This document shows positions 52,601-63,938 of a stretch of 64,000 bases of DNA, one piece after another. The DNA comes from Nymphaea colorata (taxonomy: Eukaryota): NCBI RefSeq assembly GCF_008831285.2, contig NC_045138.2, positions 23,188,001 to 23,252,000 of the forward strand, in the 5' to 3' direction. The notes beneath the pieces were generated by a model, which did no database searches, was not told the origin of the DNA, and saw only the letters and a list, made by a program, of their open reading frames with translations. Positions within the stretch are counted from its first letter, which is position 1. Each line of letters begins with the position of its first letter. Made by a program: the position numbers and the translations under genes.

Positions 52601-54282
52601 TGGGAAAGGTCCGCACCATGAGCAGACGCCACAAAGGTTGGTCGGGGCTCACTATAGATAGTGCAAGAGAGGTGGGCAGCCCGTTGCTCGAATAGGAGGG
52701 GGCACATAACGAAATTTTACCAAGAGGTTACCCACTCTGCCTAGAAGTCTGCAACTTCGTGATGTAGCCCAACCGGAGCAGACAGGGCCATCTTGAGAAC
52801 GGCCAAATTACCTTCCCCACCAACAGTAAGAGGGGAGTGACACAGCCAGATTGAGTTAGAGCAAGAAGCGAACCAGTTCTTTGTGGTCGAGAAGCACAGT
52901 CCCTTCCAATGAGACCCCCGCGGTAGAGAGCACTACTCAAGGGATGCTCACCATCTTGACTGACAAGCGAGATCGCCACTGAGCCTGCGGGCAGGTTCCG
53001 TCTAATGGAAGTGAATTTGATGCGACCCTACCCCCGGGCAGCCAGGATGGGTGAGAAGTACCTGGCAGCAAGGGCATGATGAGGCAAGGCCAGATGGCTA
53101 GCCACTACTCGGGCAAGAGAAAAACAACCTCTCATTCTTTGCCAAAGGTTTTCCCCTTAAATGCAAGGGAGTCTAAAGGGATGGGCAAGACATTAAGGCC
53201 CTCGCTGAGAAGCGGTCAGCCAGACGAGTCGATCGTCTGTGCATGGTGGGCTACAAGAAGCAACTATTTATGGGCGTTGTTTCCCTTCAGCCAAGACAAT
53301 GGCCCATGTGGCCTTGGGCCCCTACCTCTGGCCAGGCATGGCCTGAGCACCAGCATAACATAGTCGAGAGGTGTGCACCCTTGTGCCATGTCATTTCGAG
53401 TGGAAGGTCTACGCGGAGGGCCCCCGTAGCTGAGAGGCGCTAGGCTCAGTCCCCTAAGACAATCAATGCCATTCCAAAAGAAGCAGGGACCCTAGCCATC
53501 GTAGCCGAGACGCGCCCACAACAAGATCTAACCCTGTGGGGCCATATCGAGCACAAGGAAGCTAGTGGCCGAAGACCCTGCTAGGGTTACTTGGTTCAGT
53601 GCCACCAGTGGCTGCCATGCATGGTAGCAGCCAACAGACGACACTGAAGCCAAGTCACCATTCTAGAGCACAACATGCACAATGGCTTACACATCAGCCC
53701 CATCGATGCCCAGCGCTTGAAGTTCCGACTATCTCCGACGTGGTTCTTTGGTGAATAGTTGAAGTTCTTCCTTCCCCTCTTCACGCTGTAGATGTGGTTC
53801 TTCTACACTTGAGGGTACACTATGATGCCAAAGACCTTATGACACTTCGAGCAGCGCTGGCATGGTTCTCTACCCCTATTCAGATCCATTTTTTTGTGCA
53901 GCTGTGGTGTGGTTCTCTGCAGTTGTGCTGTTCGGACCAACATCGATTGACAAAGATCAAACATTCACCCACCTATCATTGTTCATCCACCTCTAGTGGT
54001 CTCCCAGACACCCAAAACCGCTACACAACTGTAGCACTATTCTACCACCTCGAAATAGGCCCTCATCACGACAGTAGCAGGTAGAAATCTGCTCCTGAAT
54101 CCTCAAAAGGAGACTCCGCTAGACTATTCATCTCAGAGAAGCCAAACAGAACATCTCTGTTTGGCGACCCGTGCCATCAAATCCAGCCATTGGGGGTTCT
54201 CCAACAAATGGTCGTACATGACTCTAGACGTCTTTCCGATTCCAACGAGCCCAGACACGCGTGAATAAGATCAGTATACCAT
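46633..54282 (+). mobile_element. Second Gypsy-type LTR element (LTR termini related to 32471-41445); 3' LTR truncated
   Basis: LTR starts TGATGCAACCCTACCCCC at 46633 and TGATGCGACCCTACCCCC at 53018. 53018-54282 aligns to 46633-48326 apart from a ~450 bp gap. The 5' LTR probably ends near 49775 (gagagtgcgtca). The internal region has only weak degenerate gag-like traces (~52000-52490). Confidence 0.75.
51171..51542. repeat. ~185-bp tandem duplication inside the second LTR element
   Basis: tcacacaatgtataaagaagca...gtccaacaccctt at 51171-51351 and 51356-51542. Confidence 0.85.
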
Positions 54283-54520
54283 GAGAAGTATCTTGCAACG
54301 AGTTTAAGAAACTTCTCAAGCAAGAACAACCTCAAATATGAGAGAGAGAGAGAGAGATTGTTTACACTGATGATGAATTGATAACCATGCACATGATGTG
54401 ATTAAAATCTTTGGTTGCCCAAAAGTTTAACTTAAAGTGGCTACTTGAAAAATACTTTTTAACAATATATAAAACTCAGTTAACTGTGGGATCTTAAATG
54501 TTTGTTAGATTGCTAATTGA

Positions 54521-54612
54521 GGGGCATAGCTCAAACGGGTAGACTGAGATTTTTTATGCGGCTTATTTCCAGTTCTACTTGTGGGTGGATATGTTTTTAT
54601 ACCACAAAAGAA
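54521..54612 (+). mobile_element. tRNA-derived SINE-like element
   Basis: Starts ggggcatagctcaaacgggtaga (A-box-like), has a degenerate B-box and ends tggatatgtttttataccacaaaa. A similar tail (tggata...ttttataccataaaaaa) with ggttcgattt occurs at ~14313-14418. Confidence 0.4.
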
Positions 54613-54860
54613 GGTGGATCTCTAAGTGCAAGTTGAAGCATATGCGGACTTAACTACCTAGTATCAACATAACTTTGGATCTTAGGAGCAAGGGGAAGGA
54701 AAAAGCTTCGGCTTTAATATGAGATTAATCCTCCTTCTAATCAGAAATATTAGATTGCTATGGGGGACAACACCACAAAACATGCCAAAGTGGAAGTACT
54801 GAAAATAGAGAAGGATGACTTTATATTTGTTTGAATAAGAGATCTTTCATACCTTGTCAT

Positions 54861-55190
54861 ATGTTAACAAATCGCCCATTACCACCTCATCTTACTATTT
54901 ATAAGCCACAGCTCACTTCGACGTTTCCCATTTCCCATAGGATTTCCGGGGCTTTCCTAGCCACTATGGTTTTGTTTAGTCCTCTTCTTTGTCGGAAAAT
55001 GGGTTTGATTAGCTTCACCTATGAGAATTTCTACCAATCATCGCCGTCTTTACCGAAGTTCATCCTACGCGCCGTCGATCTGACTACCTTAGCGCTGTAC
55101 TATCATATGAGTATTGGAGTTCGTCATTTATGGCACGATTTTGCTGTCACGTCTCACATCTTTCAGGTTCAACCTTTTCCAATGTTGTGA
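54861..55190 (+). pseudogene. sdh3: Nuclear copy (NUMT) of mitochondrial succinate dehydrogenase subunit 3 (cytochrome b560), open 109-aa frame, apparently unedited
   Basis: MLTNRPLPPHLTIYKPQLTSTFPISHRISGAFLA...FTYENFYQ...LALYYHMSIGVRHL matches plant mitochondrial SDH3 motifs (RPLSPHL.IYKPQLTS, SHRISG, YH...GVRHL). No introns. The ~300 bp segment is absent at the paralogous site ~13609, and the last codons and stop come from nuclear flank. Confidence 0.9.
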
Positions 55191-55294
55191 TGCCGTCCTC
55201 TTGTTCTTTACACCTTAGCTTCACCATAGACTGCCTATCCTTATTAACTAACTTTTGAGCTTAAACTTAGCTGGTTGGTGAGGGTGGAAAAAAT

Positions 55295-56703
55295 CAATGT
55301 TGTAAAAGGTGGGAAAGACAGGCGAGGCGTTGAGCTTCTCATGAGGCGAGGCGAGGCGTTAATTGAAGCGTAAGCTTCACGGACAAATTTGTGAATTATA
55401 TAATATTTATAAAAAATAATTGAGGCAGGGATATAATGAACTGATCGTCCAAATGGAGGGTTATATTGAACTGGTCGACTAAGTTCTTGTAACTAAATAT
55501 GTTTCTTTGAATGAATGTGGTTCATCGCCTAATCAATTGGGTCGATCACCAGCAACTAAAAAAGAAGAACGAGAACTTTTTAACGACATGAACTCAACTG
55601 CCCCATCTACAGGTCATTCAAATGGGCACACCGTTCAATTTCAAAATAGTTGTAAACTTAAGCACAAGGCAGTGTACCGACGTGAATATGGGAATGAAAC
55701 TCCACGCCAATCATCCAAATAACTGAATAAACGAAGTAAAAAAATTATAGAATTTTCTGAATGCTTAGTCCTAAACGAACCCAATCTCCAATTCCTCTCT
55801 ATCGTGGCCACAAAATGTACAGCAACTGATGACAGCATTGGGCGCAAAATGCATCATGAAACCAAGAGTATATGAAACCAAGAGTATACAAACAGGACCT
55901 CACCAATCATAGTCATTCTTTTCGTCCTCCACCTCCAGAAGATCACTTCCATCGCCTAATAAATTTATAAAAATCACCGTGAAAAATGAAAGCGCGTTGG
56001 AAAGAAAATTGGCTCCCAAATTAAAAATGATCATGAGCTTGCTGCAGCCATTCGCTGGTCTACGTATGAAGCAGCCAAGACCTTCCTTCAAGACTTTAAT
56101 CAGAACAACAGAAGGGGCCAAGGCATACCTCATACGTGGCTGTCAACATCTATAAACCATTGTACACTAACAGGATGGGGCCAAGGCATACCAGACTTTC
56201 AATATCACTAAACTATTGTATTATATGCTGACAGGAAGAACGAAGACGTTTAAACTCTCATGAGTTGGAGAGTGCCTTGCAGCCCTTGAATCATACGTGC
56301 CCTTTTACCTTCTCAGCCATGGAGAAGAAAGCTCCTTCTTGAAGAAAAGTGTGGGGACGAGTGATTTGGGATTGATATTTGAGAAAAAGACAGTTAGAAA
56401 TAGAAAGAGAGTTTAATTAGGGTTACATTAAAAGCCACTAAATAGACTAACTTTTGTAACTTACATGTGAGACTAAGGTTATTTAATTTTTAATTTTTTA
56501 CATTAAAAGCCACTAAATGAATTTGTCCTTGAGGCGTGCGCCTCAAGGAGAAGCGTGCCAATGTGAAAGGTGTACACCTCACACACATGAGGCGCACGCC
56601 TTAGGGAGACGTGCACCTCAAACCACTGCCTCAAGGCGTTTTTCCTTAAAAACGCCTCGACTCGTACTTTTTTTGTGAGAAGCGTACGCTTCTCACAACA
56701 ATG
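55295..56703. mobile_element. Non-autonomous hAT transposon, 1409 bp, perfect 8-bp TSD
   Basis: TIRs CAATGTTGT / ACAACAATG; TSD GAAAAAAT at 55287-55294 and 56704-56711; subterminal gaggcg/cgcctc repeats. Empty site in unit A at ~13756-13760. Confidence 0.9.
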
Positions 56704-57727
56704 GAAAAAATTAGTTTACCATTTCGTACACAAATAGTAAGGTTTTCTTATTTTATCCATAGGTTTCTTCCAAAAAATTCTGAGAAAGATATTTTCGCAC
56801 TAGAATGATGTAAACAAAGATATGAAAACAATTCTTACCATGTGTAATTATGATTTTATATACATCTACTGAAAAATGTGGTCTATCAATTTTAAATTCT
56901 TCTTGGAAAAGCATATTCATTTTTTTGTTGATTGTTACTTATTCTGACATAAATGTTCCATCTATGCACTCAGTTTTATGAAAAATGCTCTTATATATAT
57001 AAATTTTTGTCTCAATGAACATATCATAACTGGTGAGGGTAGGTGGGTGTCTTTATGTATATGCTACTGCAACACTCAAGTCTTTTTTCGGATAGTGAGT
57101 TGTTAATATCACTCTTTCCTGTTTAAAATCACCTTCAAGTCGTGGGTACAATTGTGTTTGCTGTTGTTGTGTATAATAGACACACGGTGAGTTCCAATTT
57201 AACGGTTTATGAATATCCTATTTAAAAGGGAAGGATGAAAAAAAATCAAGAAACCGAAAGTAACTTAAAATAACAAGTAATATAACGGGAGAAAACACTA
57301 TAGAAAAAATCACTTTTTTATACATATTAAAAATGGAAAAGTAAGGGTTTCATCGAATGGCATTTTTTCTTAATTTAAGCTAATTTAAGCCAAGAAAGGA
57401 AATATGAGTAGCCGGAATAGTCTCAAACTGACATAGGGGGTAAATATTGATAAAAATACTCCTAATAAAATAAAACATTAAGGTTTTTAGAAAAATAAAA
57501 AATTGTAAATTAAAAGCTCAAAAGGTACACTTCCTTATTAAAAATATCTAAAATATCCTAATCTTTTTTTTGTTGAGGTGTATATTTGTTGCGTGCATAC
57601 CCCTATGCACGCAAATCCATCTTGGAATAATCTTCGAGCAACGAAATGGTTCTCCAGCAACACCGTCAGATAAACTCATCTAAGTGGAAGCCAAATTCCA
57701 AAGGGAGGAACTTCGGCCGTAGTACCA

Positions 57728-57758
57728 CCTTGACCACTGAACTCGGAGAAAGAGAGAT

Positions 57759-57813
<55 letters not shown>

Positions 57814-58222
57814 CTATTACCTTGACCAATTAAAATCTGAACTCTGAAAAAAGAGGGAGAGCAGTACCACCTTCACCATCTAAGGCCTGGATTTTTAGAA
57901 AGTGAGCGAGAGACAGAGAGAGATCCTTTTCCCAAGAAGGAGTTGAAGTCTTCTTCTCTTGTGGTGACGACGTGGCAGATCAAGGGAAGCAATCTCTGAG
58001 AGACAGACGGCTACTACCTTGACCAATTAAAGTCTGAACTCTGAAAAAAGAGAGGGAGAGCAGTACCACCTTGACCGTCTAAGGCCTGGATTTTCAGAAA
58101 GTGAGCGAGAGAGAGAGAGGGATCGTTTCCCCAAGAAGGAGTTGAAGTCTTCTTCTCTTGTGGTGATGACGCGGCAGATCAAGGGAAGCAATCTCTTATC
58201 AGCTCCCCACTGCTGTATTTAA
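57728..58222 (+). promoter_or_regulatory. Putative LOX copy 2 promoter with a tandemly duplicated 197-bp module, four W-boxes, long (GA)n and TATA-like box
   Basis: TTGACC at 57730, 57822, 58019 and 58071; (GA)n ~57762-57810; module repeats at 57812 and 58009; TGACGACGTGGC at ~57965; TATTTAAA at ~58216. Confidence 0.6.
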
Positions 58223-58242
58223 AGGACTTCGACGGGGGGGAG

Positions 58243-61200
58243 ATGGGGTACAGGCTACAGCAAACAGCAAGAGCAAGGCAGCATTCATCCATAGCCAACC
58301 ACATAGGGACGACGCCGGAGCCGGAAAAGACGTCCTGCCTTTCGTTTCTCGGTGCCGGACTGCAGGCGTTGTGCTGCGGAGGGAACAAGAGTAAGAAGAA
58401 GGAGACGAAGATGGGGAATATCAGAGTGGAGGCAGTGGTGGTTCTGCAGATGAAGAACGTGCTCGACTTCAACGATTTCCACGCGTCGTTTCTCGACGGG
58501 TTCAAGGAACTGCTGGGCCACCGCGTCTCCCTCCAGCTCGTCAGCGCCGTCCAGACCGACCCCGGTGAGCACGTCCCTCCCTTTCTTCTCCCTTACAATG
58601 ACTGCTTCTTAAAATTTAAATTTAAATTTCTACTGTTTCATAATGAAACAAATTAGAGATTTCTAACTCCGCCAATGGCTTAGAGGTGTTTGCTATGTTA
58701 CCTAATTATCCATGATCGTGCCCTTTTCAATATATTACAAACCCACGTATGTCTTTTTAAAATATTAAAAATGTAGGCAGGTTTTTGAGACATACTAGAA
58801 GACATTAATACGCATCATTGATCTCATGTTTTTTTGTCTTTTTTTTTTGGGTAGTTGGTGAATCGGCACAAATGTTTCTAAATGAACGTAATAGAGGTGC
58901 ATTATTATTTTTGTTGTCATAGTGGCAGCTCACGTTTTTGGCCTTCAACTGTACATTTACTCGTTGTTTGAACTAATGTCAACAATACAATGATGACTGT
59001 GGACGATAATTAATTAAGGTAACCGGTCATGACATGTTTGCAGAGACCGAAACGCGGCCGAGACTCGGAGCGCCGTCATTTTTGGAGGATTGGCCGAAGC
59101 TTCCGGCAGCAGTTGCCATCGGCGATACCACCTTCAAGGTGGAGTTTTACTTGGACGAGGAGTTTGGCACGCCCGGAGCATTCATTATCAGGAACCTTCA
59201 TAAGAGCGAGTTTTATCTCAAGACGATGACGCTCCAGAATGTGCCCGGTAAAGGGAAGGTTCACTTCGCCTGCTACTCCTGGGTCTATCCTGCCGACAAA
59301 TACAAGTACGACCGCGTGTTCTTCGCCAACCAGGTATGGGATTATTTGTCTTCAATACATATATCTTGGACCTGAATTTGTTTTTCAAACCTGAGTTTAA
59401 ATCTGAATCCAACTGGAATTCAAACAGTTCTACACGTCCTAGCATGAGAACTTCAACACAGTGGCAGAGCCAAAAAAAAAACATTTGAATGAAAGATACT
59501 CATACCTTAGATTGCATTTTTTAAGAGGCAGTCGACATGTCAAGAAGCAAAAGATATTAGGTTTTAATATATGAATAAATAATGTATGAAGAGACTGGTG
59601 TGGGCAGTTGCCCATACACCAACTTCCATTTGCTTGTGTGACTCTTTCACCTGCTGGTACCCCAAAAGAGAACCGAAGTTTCGATCCGATCCCTCCTTAT
59701 CTCTCGAATTACAAAGCCTGCTTTGCCTTTGATGTATGAAGTTAGCTTAAAATGTCACCTTCCATTGAAGACATTTCATGGATGCAAAAACTCTTAGTTC
59801 TTGTCCGGTACTAGACGATCGCGTACGTCCACTTTTTATGTTTGGCATCCCCTTTGGCACCACCTTGATCATCCTTTTTTCGTCTACACAATGATAAAGA
59901 GAGCTATCACATCGGCCCTTTTTGCTTCGACGCCAAGTATTGAGGATCAAAAGTTTCTAATAATTTATGGGGACAAGACGTAAAGGAGAGACGATCTCTC
60001 CTCTTTCTTTGTCATTGCCCCAAAAGTCTAGGGCTGCTTCAATAAAAGTATTAACCTATTATAGGTCAGCTAGTACTACTCTTCCATGCCACCAGATTAA
60101 GAAATGTCAATAGAGTCTAATTCTTTGATGCCCAAAACCGTTGTGGGTTCTTTTGAACAAGACAAGTGTGGCCACTCCGTTGGAGGCACAGACAGTTTAT
60201 CAACATGTTTGGTCATGGCCGATGGAGCTAAGTAAATGAAAGAAAACGAAACCATTGAAAGAGGAGACAACTTTGGCCCGATTCCATGAGCATGTTACCA
60301 TGGTTTTCGTTATCTCCCTCTTTTTTGCCTTTTGTTTCTGCTCTTTTCTGTTTAGTCATGGGCATTCTATGTCATCAATAAGTGTATCCTCCACCTTTTG
60401 AGGCAAAAATGGTAGTAGCTATTGTTTTTGTAAGGCTGCTTCCATAAGTCAGTTCATGACCAGACTATACAAAAGAAATGAACAAACATTTTCTGAGGAG
60501 GCTTCGGCTGCCAAATTTTACTGGTCTAACCAGCACAGCATAGTTAGATCAAGACTTAGATCCATAGATGCATCCATTGGACATATGGATTCTGGTTGTA
60601 CCGTGTATATTACCTGGTTTCCATATTCAAATTGGGATCATAACCACGATATTGGCCTTGCATGTAGCCTACTTTTTTTATTATATCAACATCAGGATCC
60701 ATCCAAAAAATCCGGTTCAGTTCTGAAAAGGGGTTGACAATAAACATGTTATGAAATGAGCAATTGCTCATAATAGATCCACAAAAAAATCTCATTTTCA
60801 TATTTAATATTTCAAAAAAAAATCTCATTTACATATTGGTACCGATTAAAAGTTTAAAATTTTTATAACTAGTGGCCTTAAACCAGAAATTTTATGGCTC
60901 TGTCTTTCAGTGCAGTCAATTCATACTCGATCAGGTTCAAGTGGATCAGATCCAAAATGAGTCGCAGAACTATAGACCCATTCCAAACCTAATCAAGTTC
61001 ATAGGTGTGACTGTTAAGTTTGAGTCTTCAATCTCATTGTGGTGATGAATGCAGAGCTATCTTCCAAGCGAGACACCAGCGCTATTGAAGACGTTGAGGG
61101 AGACGGAACTGATGCACCTGAGAGGAGATGGAAGGGGCAAGCTTCAGGAATGGGACCGGGTCTACGACTACGCGTTCTATAATGACCTTGGAGATCCGGA

Positions 61201-63938
61201 CAAGGGGGAGGACAAAGCCCGACCCGTTCTTGGTGGGTCCGCGGAGTATCCCTACCCGCGGAGAGGAAGAACCGGCCGCCCGCCCACTCAGTCTGGTACG
61301 TTCCTTTCCTTGATCCTTTGGGATGTCCAGAACGGCCACGTTCAGCTTCCCGCAAAAGCTGCAGCCAGCACTACCGAGTTCATGAATTTCATTATTATGT
61401 TGCTTCCTACTTACCACTAATGTGGTCCATTTGAAATGTTGCCACTGACAAGGACATAGCCATTACAATCCATCATCATACAAGAACAAGCAAATTACTA
61501 TTCCTTTAGCTTATGTGAACATTTTTTTGGTAATCTTATCTCCTGCATTTCCAAAGTTTTACAAATGCCTTGTGCGTTCTTCTATTCTAAAAAAATCTTG
61601 ATTCAAAATTAAACATTTTCTCAAATGGGTGTAAGGTTTGAAACAATGGGTTTAAAAGCAGCATTCAGCATAGAGCATGTACATGTGTATAGGGTTGCAC
61701 ACAAGCTGAGTCGAGTTTAAGTTGGGCAGCTCAATCTTGACTCAACTTAGAAAACTCGAGCTGAGTTCCACTTGAACTCGAGTTGAACTCCACAAAATCA
61801 GCTCGAGTTCAACTTAACAATGCAACGTCGAGCTCAAAATCGACTTGCTTAATTATACGAGAAATGGTTTTCTAGAAGAATTAAGCTGTCAACATCTTTT
61901 AATGTTCTATAACAGATCCAAAAACAGAGAGCAGATTGTCAGTGTTGAGCAGCCTCGACATTTACGTACCACGAGACGAGCGATTCGGGCACCTGAAAAT
62001 GTCCGACTTTCTTGCATATAATTTGAAATTCGTAGTGCAGTTCCTGGTCCCTGAATTGAAAGCCCTTTTTGACAAGACCCCAGACGAGTTCGACACGTTT
62101 CAAGATGTGCTCAATCTTTACGAAGGAGGCATCAAGCTGCCAGATTCCCCTGCTCTTAAAAAAGTTAAGGACATGATTCCATTGGAGATGATCAAGGAGC
62201 TTGTTCGCAGTGACGGGGAACAGCTCCTCAAGTTCCCCGTGCCTCAAGTGATTCAACGTAGGAAAATTAAACTCAACACGCTAAGTTTAATTTATGGATG
62301 TTCCTCCCTTTGAATTTCGTGGTTTCTCATAATTTCACTACATTGTTGGACATATAGATGACAAGAGCGCATGGAGGACAGATGAAGAGTTCGCAAGAGA
62401 GATGCTTGCCGGAGTTAATCCTGTTGTCATTCGTGGCCTTGCGGTAAATGATTTGTGTTCAATCCTAGAATAAGTGGTTAAATGGCAAAAGGTATATTTT
62501 GTGAGTGTTTCATGAATCTCACTTAAAATGTTTGCGTAGATTTGTAAAACGCTTGTTCTACTGCTCCATCAATCTACTCAATCTTTGAAATATATTCATG
62601 ACAGACTCATTAGTGCTCACGCTACCAAGTAATCAGTGTCCAGTCAATAAGAATTTATGTATTACTTGTATCTTCACGCTGTTTCAATGGCATTTCTAGT
62701 ATAGGATACGTGAGATCTCCTTTAGTATCTAATAAATTAATAAATATTACCAACTTTTATTGGTGTTTTCGTGGATTTGGAAACAAATTCATTTCCGTTT
62801 CGGTTTTGGTTTTGGTTTTGTTCATCCAGGAATTCCCTCCAACAAGCAAGCTTGATCCAGCAATTTATGGCCCGCAAAAGAGCACGATAACAGCAGAACA
62901 CATAGAGAAGTTCCTGCAAGGCTTGACAGTTCATGAGGTATTACAGAAACTTTTTTTTTTGGTACATGTATTACAGAAACTTTAGATTCCACTTCATTAA
63001 GCTTAACTGTTCATGAACTACCTAGTCACCATATTCATCATGGCACAATAAGACCTTATGCTAATGGAACCTATGCTTAGCCTCTTGATAAGTTTTTGCT
63101 GCTATGGAGAAGAACATCTATACTTTATTATCATGCACAAGACTTCTCAACATAGTTAATCACTTCATTCTTCATGAGAAAACACAGGGACTAGGCTAAC
63201 GCAGTTTCATTATGTTTTTGTTTCATTAGGCCTTGAAGAAGCACAGGCTCTTCATCCTGGATCACTATGAGGCGATCATGCCTTATGTTAACCGAATCAA
63301 CACCACAGGCAACAAGATCTATGCTTCAAGGACGCTGCTCTTCCTCAAGAATGATGGCACGTTGACACCCTTGGCGATTGAGCTTTGCTTGCCAAACCAA
63401 GAAGGTCAAGACCATGGCGCAGACAGGAAGGTCTATACTCCAGCAGATGACGGGGTTCAAGGCTCTCTATGGCAACTTGCAAAAGCATATGCTGCTGTTG
63501 ATGATTCTGGCTACCATCATTTGATAAGTCATTGGTAATTGACTTAGTTCGTCCTTGAATGTTTTTGCATGTTTTGATAGCTTCTCCAAACTGCCAACAC
63601 GCATGCATGGCCACATGCACACATATATTTGCCTTCAAGCAAATGTCACATGAAACAACTGAAATAAAATGCAGGCTGAACACACATGCAACGATGGAGC
63701 CATTTGTGATTGCAACCAATAGGCAATTGAGTGTGATGCATCCGATCTACAAGCTGCTGCAGCCTCATTTCCGGGACACCATGAACATCAACGCGCTTGC
63801 GAGACAGATCCTCATCAATGCCGGCGGCTTTCTCGAGCAGACCGTCTTCCCCGCCAGATATGCCATGGAGATGTCTGCTGTGGTTTACAAGAGCTGGAAC
63901 TTCACAGAGCAGGGCCTCCCTGCTGATCTTCTCAAAAG
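58243..63938 (+). CDS. LOX: Lipoxygenase, 9S-LOX type, copy 2 (exons 1-8; exon 9 lies beyond the window)
   Basis: join(58243..58564,59044..59333,61055..61295,61916..62257,62358..62443,62830..62937,63230..63534,63675..63938). GT-AG introns; exons 2-8 have the same sizes as copy 1; no stops or frameshifts seen. Motifs HHLISHWLNTH and EQTVFP. Confidence 0.95.
61690..61850. mobile_element. Truncated GAGTCGAG-family MITE in LOX copy 2 intron 3
   Basis: Starts tagggttgcacacaagctgagtcgag, matching the family terminus at 26698. Not present in copy 1 intron 3. Confidence 0.65.

Noticed and set aside
54521..54600. tRNA gene candidate (ggggcatagctcaaacgggtaga)
   Set aside because: No intact T-arm/B-box or acceptor stem pairing; better explained as a SINE remnant.
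54831..54860. Ten extra N-terminal codons on the sdh3 ORF as a possible targeting peptide
   Set aside because: Starts at TTG rather than ATG, is too short for a presequence, and is ordinary flank shared with unit A.
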